Source: Cryomorphaceae bacterium
Lineage (GTDB): Bacteria > Bacteroidota > Bacteroidia > Flavobacteriales > Flavobacteriaceae
Length of the DNA stretch: 64,000 bases
Assembly: GCA_018646865.1 (NCBI GenBank)
Contig: JABGTW010000031.1
Span: 2,106 to 66,105, forward strand
Direction: 5' to 3'
Below the pieces are notes generated by a model. It ran no database searches. It saw nothing but the letters and a program-made list of their open reading frames with translations, and was not told the DNA's origin. Within the stretch, counting starts at the first letter, position 1. Each line of letters begins with the position of its first letter. Position numbers and translations under genes: made by a program. This document shows positions 27,268 through 37,202 of the stretch, one piece after another.

Positions 27268-28062
27268 TTAGTAATAGTTTACAGGGTTTATATTTTGCTT
27301 GGATAAAAGGATCGTAAAATTAGGTAATTTTTTATTAAGAAATTCCTTAATTATCAATTTTATATGGTTTTCACTCTCATAATGACCGATATCTATCAAT
27401 ACAGCCTGATTATCTGCTTCAAAAAAATTATGATACTTTAAATCTGAAGTAATAAATGCATCTACATTACATTCTAAAGAATTTTTAATAGCAAAACTTC
27501 CAGAACCAACAACTATTGACACTGTTGATATTTTTTTATCAATTTTCACAGAGTGTCTAAGATATTTCAAGTCTAATTTATCTTTAAGTAAATTAAAGAA
27601 ATCATCTTCTTGCAAAGGTTCTTTTAGCTCTCCTTTAATACCCATTCCTATTTTTAGATTACTATTATCAATTTTTTTTGTAATTAGAGTAGAGGTGTTT
27701 TTTAAACCTATTTTTTTAGATAAAAAATAACTAATTCCTTCTGGGTGATTATCTAAAGATGTATGAATAGCATAAACTGAAATATTATTTTTTACTGCTT
27801 TAATTATAGATTTCTGAACGTATCCAGCGTCTGAAGTAACTTTTTTTAAATCATTAAAAATTATAGGATGATAGCTTATAATTAAATTACAATTTTTATC
27901 TAAAGCTTCATCTATTACATTTGAAGTTGTATCAAGAGTTACCAAAATATTTTTCACCTCGGAATTAGAATCACCTATCAGTAATCCAACATTATCAAAA
28001 TCTTCTGCAATTGATCTTGGCATCCATTTATCTAGAATTTCTGTAATTTCACTAACTTTCAT
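27268..28062 (-). CDS. Nif3-like dinuclear metal centre protein
   Basis: 264 aa. DNVGLLIG, ISYHPIIF, AIHTSLD and GHYESE motifs of the NIF3/YbgI family. Confidence 0.85.
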   Translation of the reverse strand: MKVSEITEILDKWMPRSIAEDFDNVGLLIGDSNSEVKNILVTLDTTSNVIDEALDKNCNLIISYHPIIFNDLKKVTSDAGYVQKSIIKAVKNNISVYAIHTSLDNHPEGISYFLSKKIGLKNTSTLITKKIDNSNLKIGMGIKGELKEPLQEDDFFNLLKDKLDLKYLRHSVKIDKKISTVSIVVGSGSFAIKNSLECNVDAFITSDLKYHNFFEADNQAVLIDIGHYESENHIKLIIKEFLNKKLPNFTILLSKQNINPVNYY

Positions 28063-28105
28063 ATAAGTATAGATTCATAGCAAATATAATATTATCTTTC
28101 CTCTA

Positions 28106-29131
28106 GTGAAAAAATTGAAATTTTTATTATATCCTTTATCACTCATATATGGACTATATACATCTTTTCGAAACTTTCTTTTTGATCTTGGTATAATTGA
28201 TTCAATTGTTTATAAAATTCCTACTATAGGGGTTGGAAATCTGTCTACAGGTGGAACAGGAAAATCAATTGTAGTTGATTACATTATAGAAAAACATAAA
28301 CATAAAAACAAGATTACAACTTTAAGTAGAGGTTATAATCGAAATACTAAGGGATTTATTCAAGCATCAAAAAAATCAACTGCTTATGAGATTGGCGACG
28401 AACCATTTCAATTTTATTCTAAGCATCCAGAAATTAATGTAGTTGTATGTGAAGATAGAAGAAAAGGAATGAATATTATTTTAAAGAACTTACCTAATAC
28501 TGATTTTTGTATCTGGGATGATGTTTTTCAACATAGATTTGTAAAACCTGGTTTAATGATACTAACTACAACTTTTCAATATCCTTTTTATAAAGATGAA
28601 ATTCTTCCAATTGGAAATCTAAGAGAAAATAAAAGCTCTGCTAAAAGAGCTGATTTTATTGTTGTTACAAAATGCCCTGATAATTTATCTAAAAAGGATA
28701 AAAACTTGTTTATTCAATCATTAAATCCTGTTGAAAATCAAAAAGTATTCTTTAGCTCTTTGACGTATTTGCAAAAAATTAAATCACAATCTGAAGAAAT
28801 TGATATTGATGTCTTAAAAGATGATAATTTTATTTTAGTCACAGGTATAGCAGACTCTTCCTATCTGGTAAATTTTTTAAAACTTAAAGATTTAAAGTTT
28901 AAACATCTTAGATACTCAGATCACTATAACTTTAACAAATCATCAATAGATAAAATATCTGAATTATCATTAAATAAAAAAATTCTAACTACTGAAAAAG
29001 ATTTTGGTAGACTCAATCCAAAAATAAATAATCGAGATATATTTTATATTGAGGTAGGACTGAAATTTCCTAACGAAATAAATGAAGATGATTTTGATAG
29101 TTATTTAGAGGGGTACTTAAAAAGAGATTAA
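28106..29131 (+). CDS. lpxK: tetraacyldisaccharide 4'-kinase
   Basis: 341 aa with a GTG start. P-loop [11 protein letters not shown] and DDVFQHR. Confidence 0.9.
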   Translation: MKKLKFLLYPLSLIYGLYTSFRNFLFDLGIIDSIVYKIPTIGVGNLSTGGTGKSIVVDYIIEKHKHKNKITTLSRGYNRNTKGFIQASKKSTAYEIGDEPFQFYSKHPEINVVVCEDRRKGMNIILKNLPNTDFCIWDDVFQHRFVKPGLMILTTTFQYPFYKDEILPIGNLRENKSSAKRADFIVVTKCPDNLSKKDKNLFIQSLNPVENQKVFFSSLTYLQKIKSQSEEIDIDVLKDDNFILVTGIADSSYLVNFLKLKDLKFKHLRYSDHYNFNKSSIDKISELSLNKKILTTEKDFGRLNPKINNRDIFYIEVGLKFPNEINEDDFDSYLEGYLKRD

Positions 29132-30054
29132 TGAATATGTTTATGAGCTTTATAAGAAGATCTAACTAACGGTCCACTTTCAACATGTCTAAACCCCATT
29201 TCTTTACCAATTATCTCATATTCTTTGAACTCTTCAGGAGTTATAAAATCTTTAACTGGTAAATGTTTTTTTGATGGTTGAAGATATTGACCTAAAGTTA
29301 CAATGTCAACTCCTATATTACGCAGCTCTTTCATTGTTTCTAATACTTCTTCTTTTATTTCACCAAGACCAAGCATTATACCTGATTTAGTTCTATTAAT
29401 ACCATTATCCTTTAAATATTTTAATACTTCTAAACTCCTGTCATATTTAGCTTGAATTCTAACTTCACGAGTAAGCCTTCTAACAGTTTCAAGATTATGA
29501 GAAACTACTTCAGGAGCAACTTCTATAATTCTATCTATATTTTCAGTTTCACCTTTAAAATCAGGTATTAAAGTCTCAATTGTAGTTTTAGGATTTAAAT
29601 CTCTAACAGCATTAACTGTCTCTGCCCAAATAATTGATCCTCCATCTTTTAAATCATCTCTATCTACTGAAGTTATTACGGCATGTTTAACTCCCATAAT
29701 ACTTATAGACCTAGCTACTTTGAAAGGTTCCAACTCATCCGCAGGTAAAGGGCTTCCAGTTTGAACATTACAAAAACCACATGATCTAGTACAAATATTA
29801 CCAAGAATCATAAAAGTCGCCGTTCCTTCTGTCCAACATTCTCCCATATTAGGACAATTCCCAGAAACACATATTGTGTGAAGATTATTTTTTTCAACAG
29901 TTGATCGAAGTTGCGTATATTTTTTTCCAATAGGAAGTTTAACTCTAATCCAATCAGGTTTCTTAATTCTAATTTTTGTATTGGATTCTTTTTTGGAAAT
30001 ATTAAGCTTTACCCAACCCTGATTTACTGTTTTTGTCTCCGACATACTCAACAA
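29128..30054 (-). CDS. lipA: lipoyl synthase
   Basis: 308 aa. Auxiliary cluster CPNMGECW and radical-SAM [10 protein letters not shown]. Confidence 0.95.
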   Translation of the reverse strand: MLSMSETKTVNQGWVKLNISKKESNTKIRIKKPDWIRVKLPIGKKYTQLRSTVEKNNLHTICVSGNCPNMGECWTEGTATFMILGNICTRSCGFCNVQTGSPLPADELEPFKVARSISIMGVKHAVITSVDRDDLKDGGSIIWAETVNAVRDLNPKTTIETLIPDFKGETENIDRIIEVAPEVVSHNLETVRRLTREVRIQAKYDRSLEVLKYLKDNGINRTKSGIMLGLGEIKEEVLETMKELRNIGVDIVTLGQYLQPSKKHLPVKDFITPEEFKEYEIIGKEMGFRHVESGPLVRSSYKAHKHIH

Positions 30055-30063
30055 AGATACAAA

Positions 30064-31275
30064 CTAAATAAACCTAGTCAAAATATACCCAAGTGCAAAA
30101 AAGGTAAGAAATAAAATACCTATTATACTCAGAATTCTCAGAGCTTTGGAGGGTTTATGTGATTCAGGCATATTTTTACTCATTATCAATTTATAATTTA
30201 AAATTGCATAAAAAGGGGCTGTTATAAAAGATAATATAGTAGCTAATTCAACTAATGCTCCCATTTCAGAGAGTAAAAAATAAAATATTAACATTGTACC
30301 TACTGCCAAAGCAGATATCCACTGAAAATAATAATTTTTGTTATTATTCGTTAATAGTTGTGTAGCTCTAGACATTGTCCTTGGCGATGCATCTAGGCAT
30401 GTGATGGTTGTGCTTAGCATTGTAGTAAATGCACAAATTGAAATTATTAAATAAAAACTATCACCCAAGTTAGATGTATATAATTCAATAAGTTGATTAG
30501 CAAAAATACCTCCACTATTTGAAAAACTTATGCCAGAGTTATACATTACTAGTGCACCTAAACTAACAAAACAAACACCTAAAATAACAGTTGCAAAATA
30601 TCCTACATTGAAATCAAATAAACTTTCTTTTGGAGTTATTTTTTGATTCTTTTTTTTCTCAAGAGTCCATAAAGAATGCCAAATTGAAATATCAAGGGGG
30701 GCAGGCATCCATCCCATAAATGCTACTAAAAAAACCAAACCACTTCCTGTTGGAAATATTTGTTTAAAGCTATAAACCTCCTGAGCATTTATTGACGCAA
30801 CTCCAGTTGAAAATAGTGTGCTAATTGCTAAAATTAAGATTATGACTTTTATCATTTTATCTAAAACCTTGTATTTGCCAAGTAATAATATCCCATAGCA
30901 AATAATGGTAATTATAAGACTCCAAATAACCATATTGTCAGTTACTCCAAAAAGACTGGAAGCAAGCCCAGCTGTTACTATTGTAACCGCTGTTTGAATA
31001 GTAAACATTGTTGCTAAATTTAAAATGAAGTAAGTAATTAAAAACACTTTACCAACCTTGTAATATCCATCAAGTAAACTTTCACCAGTTGCCATAGCAT
31101 ATCTGGGGCCATATTGAAAAAAAGGATATTTAAAAATATTAACTAGTATTAAAGCCCAAATTAAACCCCAACCAAAGTCAGCTCCCGCTCGAGTTGATTG
31201 AACTAGGTGGGATACTCCAATTGCAGCTCCTGCAAAAAGTAAACCTGGTCCAAGTTTGGAAATTATTTTAATCAT
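30064..31275 (-). CDS. Nramp family divalent metal (Mn2+/Fe2+) transporter
   Basis: 403 aa with about 11 TM helices. The N-terminal GPGLLFAGAAIGVSHLVQSTRAGA resembles the Nramp/MntH signature region. Lies 9 nt upstream of lipA. Confidence 0.8.
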   Translation of the reverse strand: MIKIISKLGPGLLFAGAAIGVSHLVQSTRAGADFGWGLIWALILVNIFKYPFFQYGPRYAMATGESLLDGYYKVGKVFLITYFILNLATMFTIQTAVTIVTAGLASSLFGVTDNMVIWSLIITIICYGILLLGKYKVLDKMIKVIILILAISTLFSTGVASINAQEVYSFKQIFPTGSGLVFLVAFMGWMPAPLDISIWHSLWTLEKKKNQKITPKESLFDFNVGYFATVILGVCFVSLGALVMYNSGISFSNSGGIFANQLIELYTSNLGDSFYLIISICAFTTMLSTTITCLDASPRTMSRATQLLTNNNKNYYFQWISALAVGTMLIFYFLLSEMGALVELATILSFITAPFYAILNYKLIMSKNMPESHKPSKALRILSIIGILFLTFFALGYILTRFI

Positions 31276-31469
31276 TTAACATCATTAGCACATTCTGAAC
31301 TTGTTGGAATTTTTCCGCAAATACCACAGGGTTCACCTGACTTGTTTAAGAAGGGGCTCTGACTAGCACAAGTACCAGAAAATTCTCCATTTTTTTTTAA
31401 AATCAATTTAATTGCGATTCCTAAAAATGCAATGGCAATCAAGCAGACTGAGATTAGAAATATCTCCAT
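31272..31469 (-). CDS. single-pass Cys-rich small membrane protein
   Basis: 65 aa. An N-terminal TM helix is followed by KKNGEFSGTCASQSPFLNKSGEPCGICGK...SSEC. ATGA stop/start overlap with the Nramp gene. Confidence 0.6.
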   Translation of the reverse strand: MEIFLISVCLIAIAFLGIAIKLILKKNGEFSGTCASQSPFLNKSGEPCGICGKIPTSSECANDVK

Positions 31470-31503
31470 TGGACAAAGCTATAAAAAAATCGTAATTTTA
31501 GTT

Positions 31504-31980
31504 GTGCTTAACTTAATTAAGAATTATAATATTAAGTTTTATTCAAAGTGGTTGCTACTTGTAATCACATTAGTTTCTTGTGATTCTAACTTTTTAAAAG
31601 TACCAGAATCTGAAATTGAATCTGCATCTTCTTGGACAATTAATGATCAACCTCCATCATTTCCTGAATGTGAAAATTTAATAATTGATGATCAATTAAT
31701 ATGTTTTAGAAATAAAATTGAAATTGAAATGAATAATTTTCTTGATAAGAAAGTTTTTCCACTAGACACCACAGAGTATACTCTTACATTGAAAATTGAT
31801 ATTAATGGAAACTTTAGTTTGGATAAACTTTTACCTCAAAATAAACTAGATCAGAAATCAGTTTTAATAATTCAACAGGCAATAGAACAGTTACCTAAAG
31901 CCTTACCTGCAATTAAAACAAACGTTGGTGAATTTGTTGAAGTAAAATTTAATCTGCCCTTTAAACTTAACTATGAGTAA
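31504..31980 (+). CDS. lipoprotein with TonB-C-terminal-like domain (hypothetical)
   Basis: The tracked ORF starts at 31432, but that extension overlaps the divergent gene. A GTG at 31504 gives the signal peptide ...KWLLLVITLVSC. The PPSFPECE...CF motif resembles flavobacterial TonB-C-like lipoproteins. The start is uncertain. Confidence 0.5.
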   Translation: MLNLIKNYNIKFYSKWLLLVITLVSCDSNFLKVPESEIESASSWTINDQPPSFPECENLIIDDQLICFRNKIEIEMNNFLDKKVFPLDTTEYTLTLKIDINGNFSLDKLLPQNKLDQKSVLIIQQAIEQLPKALPAIKTNVGEFVEVKFNLPFKLNYE

Positions 31981-32536
31981 TAATATACCTGACAATTCAA
32001 TAATAATGGGAATTGATCCTGGAACAAACATAATGGGATTTGGTATAATTAAAATCCATGGAAATAATATGCAGTTAATTGATCTAGTTGAATATAAATT
32101 ACCAACTAAAGATGATCATAGTGTTAAGTTGTCAAAAATATTTAAAAAAACATCTGAATTAATTAAATCCTATAGTCCAGATTTAATTGCAATAGAAGCT
32201 CCTTTTTTTGGTAAAAATGTTCAGTCAATGTTGAAGTTGGGAAGAGCTCAAGGTGTTTCAATTGCTGCAGCCCTTAATTCTGATATTCCTATTACAGAAT
32301 ATTCACCTAAAAAAATAAAAATGGCAATTACTGGGAATGGTAACTCCAGTAAAGAACAAGTTGCAAAAATGCTCAAAAGTATGCTTAAAATCAAAGAGCT
32401 ACCTAAGAACTTAGATTCAACTGATGGATTGGCAGCAGCAGTATGTCATTTTTTTAATTTTGATAATGATAAACAGAAAAAAAAATATTCTAATTGGTCA
32501 AGTTTTATTAATAAAAATCCTGACAAAATTGTTTAA
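31973..32536 (+). CDS. ruvC: crossover junction endodeoxyribonuclease RuvC
   Basis: 187 aa. MGIDPGTNIMGFGII and AIEAPFFGKNVQS. Confidence 0.9.
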   Translation: MSNNIPDNSIIMGIDPGTNIMGFGIIKIHGNNMQLIDLVEYKLPTKDDHSVKLSKIFKKTSELIKSYSPDLIAIEAPFFGKNVQSMLKLGRAQGVSIAAALNSDIPITEYSPKKIKMAITGNGNSSKEQVAKMLKSMLKIKELPKNLDSTDGLAAAVCHFFNFDNDKQKKKYSNWSSFINKNPDKIV

Positions 32537-33906
32537 CCACTAAAATGCTTATAAAAGTTTTGAATAGTTTCAATGCCAATAAAAAAGTTCTTTACCCCAT
32601 AGTTTTCATCAGGTGAATGAATAGCATCACTATCAAGTCCAAATCCCATTAAAACTGTTTTTATACCAAGAATACTCTCAAACATTGGAACTATAGGAAT
32701 ACTTCCACCGTCTTTTTGAGGTATGGGGTCTATTCCAAAACTATCCTTATAAGCATTCATAGCAGATTCATAACCTTTAAAACCCTCTGGAGTTATGTAA
32801 GGATTTCCTCCATGATGAGTAGTTACTTCAATTGACACAGAATTAGGAGTAATACTCTTAATATGATTTGTAAATAATTCACTTACCTTTTCCCAATTTT
32901 GATTTGGCACTAATCTCATAGAAATTTTTGCACATGCTTCACTTGGTATTACAGTTTTGGACCCTTCTCCTGTATAACCACCCCAAATACCATTTACATC
33001 AAGGGTAGGTCGGATTGATAATCTTTCTAGTGTTGAATACCCTTTCTCTCCTTTTGTTTCTTTAAGACCAATAGAGTTTTTAAAATTATCATTATCAAAT
33101 TTTGACATTTCTTCTATAGATTCCCTTTTAGATTTATCTATTTCTAAAACATCATCGTAAAACCCAGGTATTGTTATTCTACCTTCACTATCTATAAGTG
33201 AACTTATCATGTCTGATAAAATATTTATAGGATTAGCTAAAGCTCCTCCATAAATTCCAGAGTGAAGGTCTCTATTGGGACCAGTTATCTTAATTTCCAT
33301 GTATGATAAACCCCTAAGTCCTACTGTAAAGGTGGGCTTGTTAAGATTGCTTAATCCAGTATCTGATATTAATATAACATCAGCATTAAGTTTAGCTTTA
33401 TTTTCTAAAAGGAATTTTTCAAGATTATCACTTCCAACCTCTTCTTCTCCCTCAATCATAAATTTTACATTACAATTTAATTTATCTTTTTTTATAAGCT
33501 GTTCAAAAGCCTTAACATGCATAAAGACTTGACCTTTGTCATCACAAGCACCTCTAGCAAAAATGGCACCTTCTGGATGAATATCTGTATTTTTAATTAC
33601 TGGTTCAAAAGGTGGGTTAGTCCAAAGTTCAATTGGATCAGGAGGTTGAACATCATAATGACCATAAACTAAAATTGTTGGAAATGATTCATCTATAAAT
33701 TTCTCTCCATAAACTATAGGATGTCCATCTGTTTCATAAACATTTGATGATTCACATCCAGATTTAACAAGTTCATTTGAGAGCCATTCAGCTGTTTTAA
33801 TCATACTTTCCTTATACCTAGAATCAGCACTAATTGATGGGAGTTTTAAAAACTCGAATAACTCATTTAAATATTTCTCTTTTTCCTTTTCAGATAATGT
33901 ACTCAT
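32533..33906 (-). CDS. M20 family dipeptidase/metallohydrolase
   Basis: 457 aa. GHYDVQP, ARGACDDKGQ and EGEEEVGS motifs. Confidence 0.85.
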   Translation of the reverse strand: MSTLSEKEKEKYLNELFEFLKLPSISADSRYKESMIKTAEWLSNELVKSGCESSNVYETDGHPIVYGEKFIDESFPTILVYGHYDVQPPDPIELWTNPPFEPVIKNTDIHPEGAIFARGACDDKGQVFMHVKAFEQLIKKDKLNCNVKFMIEGEEEVGSDNLEKFLLENKAKLNADVILISDTGLSNLNKPTFTVGLRGLSYMEIKITGPNRDLHSGIYGGALANPINILSDMISSLIDSEGRITIPGFYDDVLEIDKSKRESIEEMSKFDNDNFKNSIGLKETKGEKGYSTLERLSIRPTLDVNGIWGGYTGEGSKTVIPSEACAKISMRLVPNQNWEKVSELFTNHIKSITPNSVSIEVTTHHGGNPYITPEGFKGYESAMNAYKDSFGIDPIPQKDGGSIPIVPMFESILGIKTVLMGFGLDSDAIHSPDENYGVKNFFIGIETIQNFYKHFSG

Positions 33907-33950
33907 AGTTGATCTATTTTTAAAAACTTATTTATATTTGTTCACCTTTT

Positions 33951-34032
33951 GCGGGTGTGGTGAAATTGGTAGACACGCTAGACTTAGGATCTAGTGCCTA
34001 ACAGCTTGGGGGTTCGAGTCCCTTCACCCGCA
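33951..34032 (+). tRNA. tRNA-Leu (anticodon TAG)
   Basis: Cloverleaf read by eye. Acceptor stem GCGGGTG/CACCCGC plus discriminator A. Anticodon stem CTAGA/TCTAG with loop CTTAGGA. Long variable arm. T-loop GGTTCGAGTCC. No encoded CCA. Confidence 0.9.
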
Positions 34033-34281
34033 CTATTTTTCTTTTAATTTTTTCAATTCTTTTATTATACTATCCATTTGATTCATTTGGTGATTATGTG
34101 ACAGATAATGATTTTCTTTTCTATAACGTTCTTGTTCGATATCTTCCATAGGTCCAAAAATAAAGAATCCTAAACTAAAGACTGTAATAAATACAATAGT
34201 AAAAATCGATACAATTACTGATATAAAAGTAAGTAAGATTTTTATATAATTTTTAGAATTATAGAACTTGATTAAATTCAT
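34033..34281 (-). CDS. small single-TM protein, paralog 2 (hypothetical)
   Basis: 82 aa. Shares its architecture and motifs with the upstream 79-aa ORF. Its stop codon abuts the tRNA-Leu 3' end. Confidence 0.5.
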   Translation of the reverse strand: MNLIKFYNSKNYIKILLTFISVIVSIFTIVFITVFSLGFFIFGPMEDIEQERYRKENHYLSHNHQMNQMDSIIKELKKLKEK

Positions 34282-34517
34282 GCCTGATTAATCTCTTTTA
34301 ATAATTTTATTATCTGATCAAGCTTTTCAGCTTCTTGTTGGTGTTGAATTCTATGTTTTTCAGTTGGAGAAATTTCTTGAGAGTCTGAATTTAAGTCAGA
34401 AATAATTGCAAAAGAAAGTAACACTGTAACTGTGAAGCAAATTAGAAAGATGCATGAAGCAATTATTGTTAGACTGATTCTAATATATTTATCTGAATTG
34501 AAAAGTTTATTAAACAT
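34278..34517 (-). CDS. small single-TM protein, paralog 1 (hypothetical)
   Basis: 79 aa. Shared motifs are FxNSxxYI[RK]I..T and a C-terminal E.H...H..Q....D.IIK.LK. Overlaps both neighbouring genes (1 nt and 4 nt). Confidence 0.5.
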   Translation of the reverse strand: MFNKLFNSDKYIRISLTIIASCIFLICFTVTVLLSFAIISDLNSDSQEISPTEKHRIQHQQEAEKLDQIIKLLKEINQA

Positions 34518-36127
34518 TAATTAGAGGTGATAAAGCCAGACCCTTTAACAAATCTTCCAGGAAATTTATCAGTATGTTCACCTTTAGAAATCACTTGAAC
34601 TCCATTAACAAAAACTTGTTCAACTCCAACAGCAAATTGAAGAGGTTTTTCAAAAGTTGCTTTGTCATCAATAAGATCAGGATCAAAAACCACAATATCA
34701 GCATAATAACCAGGTTTTAAATAACCTCTATTATTAATGCCAAGATTATCAGCCGGAAAGCCAGAAAGTCTTCTTATAGCATCTTCCATTGAAATTAATT
34801 TTTCATCTCTAACGTATTTACCAAGAACTCTAACAAAGCTTCCAAATGCTCTAGGATGAGTAATAAAATCTTTTGAAATATCAGAATAAGATCCAGCGTC
34901 AGAATCAAATGAAACCCAAGGCAACATTATTTTTTTTCGAATATTTTCTTCAGACATACTAAAGTAAATACATTGAATTCTACTTTCATCTTCAATTATT
35001 AGATTTACTATTGCTTCTTCAGGAGATTCATTTCTAATTTTTGCTGCTTCGGCAATTGTCATACCTCTATATTTTTTAGACATAGATGCTTTATTAAATC
35101 CAACCATTAAAATATCTTCTGGAGGCTGTTCAGAAAGTTCTTTTCTAATATCTTTAAATAATCTTTCCCTAACATCTGGCTTCTTCATTCTGTTTATCCA
35201 TGCCTGTCGTCCACCTTCTTGAACCCAAGTAGGTATTACTCCAGTTAAACCAGTAGAAGATGCAGGATAAGTATACATGTCTGCAGTTATTTTTAATCCT
35301 TTTTTCCTAGCATTTTCAACTTTCTGAATAACTGAATCTAGAAGATGCCAATTGGCTTTCCTAGATGATTTTAAATGATAAATCTGTGATGGTATATTGG
35401 CTCTTTCTGCAATTTCAATTAATTCATCAACTGCTTGAAGGACCCTAGAATCTTCATTTCTCATATGAGATATATACTTACCTCCATAAAAAGATGCAAC
35501 TTTTGATAATTCAACTAACTCATCTGTATCAGCATAATCAGCAGGTGCATAGATCAGAGAGGATCCAATTCCAATTGCACCTTGCATCATTGCAAGTTTA
35601 ACAATATTTCTCATTGATTCCATCTCATCACTAGTAGCTTTTCTATTAGCATATCCAATTTCCTGAATCCTTACTGTAGTTGCTCCTAAATAAGATGCTA
35701 TATTAGTTGAGACACCACTCGCTTCTAGTTTTTCCATTGCTTCACCAAAGGATACATAATTATTGTTTTCTACTGAACCATATGGTCCTGGTGAAGTTCC
35801 CTCACCAAAAACTTCGAGAGTTACTCCTTGTTTAAGATCACTAAGCGATCTCCCATCTTGCATTAAAGTACTATAACCCCAGCTGAGCATATTTATAAAT
35901 CCAGGAGAGACTATTTTACCAGAAGCATCTATAGTTTTATTAGCTATAAAATTCCCTTTTTTCCCTACATAAAAAATAGTATCATTTTTTATTGCAACAT
36001 TGCCAACGTATCCGTTCATTCCAGAACCATCATGAATAGTTCCACCCTTAATTAAAACATCTATATTTAAAGGGTCATTATCACAGGACAATACAAATAT
36101 TACAAAAGCAAAAAGTAATTTTTTCAT
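34517..36127 (-). CDS. N-acyl-D-amino-acid deacylase (D-aminoacylase) family amidohydrolase, lipoprotein
   Basis: 536 aa. Lipobox VLSC. The N-terminal IKGGTIHDGSG and C-terminal GYYADIVVFDP are typical of the D-aminoacylase family. Confidence 0.8.
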   Translation of the reverse strand: MKKLLFAFVIFVLSCDNDPLNIDVLIKGGTIHDGSGMNGYVGNVAIKNDTIFYVGKKGNFIANKTIDASGKIVSPGFINMLSWGYSTLMQDGRSLSDLKQGVTLEVFGEGTSPGPYGSVENNNYVSFGEAMEKLEASGVSTNIASYLGATTVRIQEIGYANRKATSDEMESMRNIVKLAMMQGAIGIGSSLIYAPADYADTDELVELSKVASFYGGKYISHMRNEDSRVLQAVDELIEIAERANIPSQIYHLKSSRKANWHLLDSVIQKVENARKKGLKITADMYTYPASSTGLTGVIPTWVQEGGRQAWINRMKKPDVRERLFKDIRKELSEQPPEDILMVGFNKASMSKKYRGMTIAEAAKIRNESPEEAIVNLIIEDESRIQCIYFSMSEENIRKKIMLPWVSFDSDAGSYSDISKDFITHPRAFGSFVRVLGKYVRDEKLISMEDAIRRLSGFPADNLGINNRGYLKPGYYADIVVFDPDLIDDKATFEKPLQFAVGVEQVFVNGVQVISKGEHTDKFPGRFVKGSGFITSN

Positions 36128-37176
36128 TTTTTTATGATTCCTTCTAATTTATCAAAAATTTCAGTATTATCATAAATACCTGTGAAAATGGATGAATATT
36201 TGCCAAAACTAAATACTGGTACCATTGTAGCTGTATGGTTACCTGAAACATATTTATTTATTACTTTAGAATTTTCTAGATTACCATTTACAATAGCAAC
36301 GCCACCCGTTTCATGGTCTGCAGTTACTACAACTAATGTGTTTTTGTCTTTTTCTGCATAGTCTAAAACATTTTCAATTGTTTTATCAAATTCAATAAAC
36401 TCACTAATCATATGTTTTTGATCTTTATCATGAGACCCCCAATCAATTTGAGAACCTTCTACTAAAAGGAAAAAAGGTTTATCTAAATCAACTAGTTTTT
36501 GAATTGTAATCTCAACTGCTTTATCTAATGAAGGCTCTCTATTTTTAAATTTTTCAATAGGTTCTTCATAAGCAGTTAAAAAACCAATTTTTTTTGAGTT
36601 TGACTTTTGATATTCATCAAGATTTTTAGGGAAATAATATTTGTTCATTTCTTTTATAAGATTCCTTTTGTCAGATCTATTTATAAAATATTTCTCACCC
36701 CCACCAATAAAGAAATCAACTTTGCTTTTTGATAATTGATTAGCAATCTTGTCATATTCATATCTATTCTCTACATGAGCATAATAAGATGCTGGAGAGG
36801 CATGAACTATACTAGATGTAACAACAATAGCAGTTGAGTAACCTAATTTAATACACATTTCCAAAATAGTTTCAACCGAATTATCATTAGAATCAAGACC
36901 AATAACTTTATTATTTGTTTTTACTCCTGAAGACATAGCTGTTGCACTTGCGGCAGAATCAGTTACTAAATCATCAAATGAATGAGTCTTAGATAAACCA
37001 ATATATTCAGACCTTTCAAGAGAAGTATAATTGTTATTTGAATACATTCCTGATGAGATGGCTGAAAGCCCCATACCATCACCAATCATCATTACAATAT
37101 TTGGAGGCTTAGAATCTTGCCCAAAGATATTTACTGTTGAACATAAAATTAATATAAGGATAAGCTTTTGAGACAT
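36124..37176 (-). CDS. alkaline phosphatase (PhoA family)
   Basis: 350 aa with a signal peptide. GDGMG and the active-site TDSAASATA. Confidence 0.9.
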   Translation of the reverse strand: MSQKLILILILCSTVNIFGQDSKPPNIVMMIGDGMGLSAISSGMYSNNNYTSLERSEYIGLSKTHSFDDLVTDSAASATAMSSGVKTNNKVIGLDSNDNSVETILEMCIKLGYSTAIVVTSSIVHASPASYYAHVENRYEYDKIANQLSKSKVDFFIGGGEKYFINRSDKRNLIKEMNKYYFPKNLDEYQKSNSKKIGFLTAYEEPIEKFKNREPSLDKAVEITIQKLVDLDKPFFLLVEGSQIDWGSHDKDQKHMISEFIEFDKTIENVLDYAEKDKNTLVVVTADHETGGVAIVNGNLENSKVINKYVSGNHTATMVPVFSFGKYSSIFTGIYDNTEIFDKLEGIIKK

Positions 37177-37202
37177 ACTGTAAATTTAAATTTATAATTT
37201 AA

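Noticed and set aside
31432-31503. ATG-initiated N-terminal extension of the lipoprotein ORF
   Set aside because: It overlaps the divergent Cys-rich peptide gene by 38 nt and would put 24 residues in front of a normal lipoprotein signal peptide. A GTG at 31504 is more plausible, though unproven.
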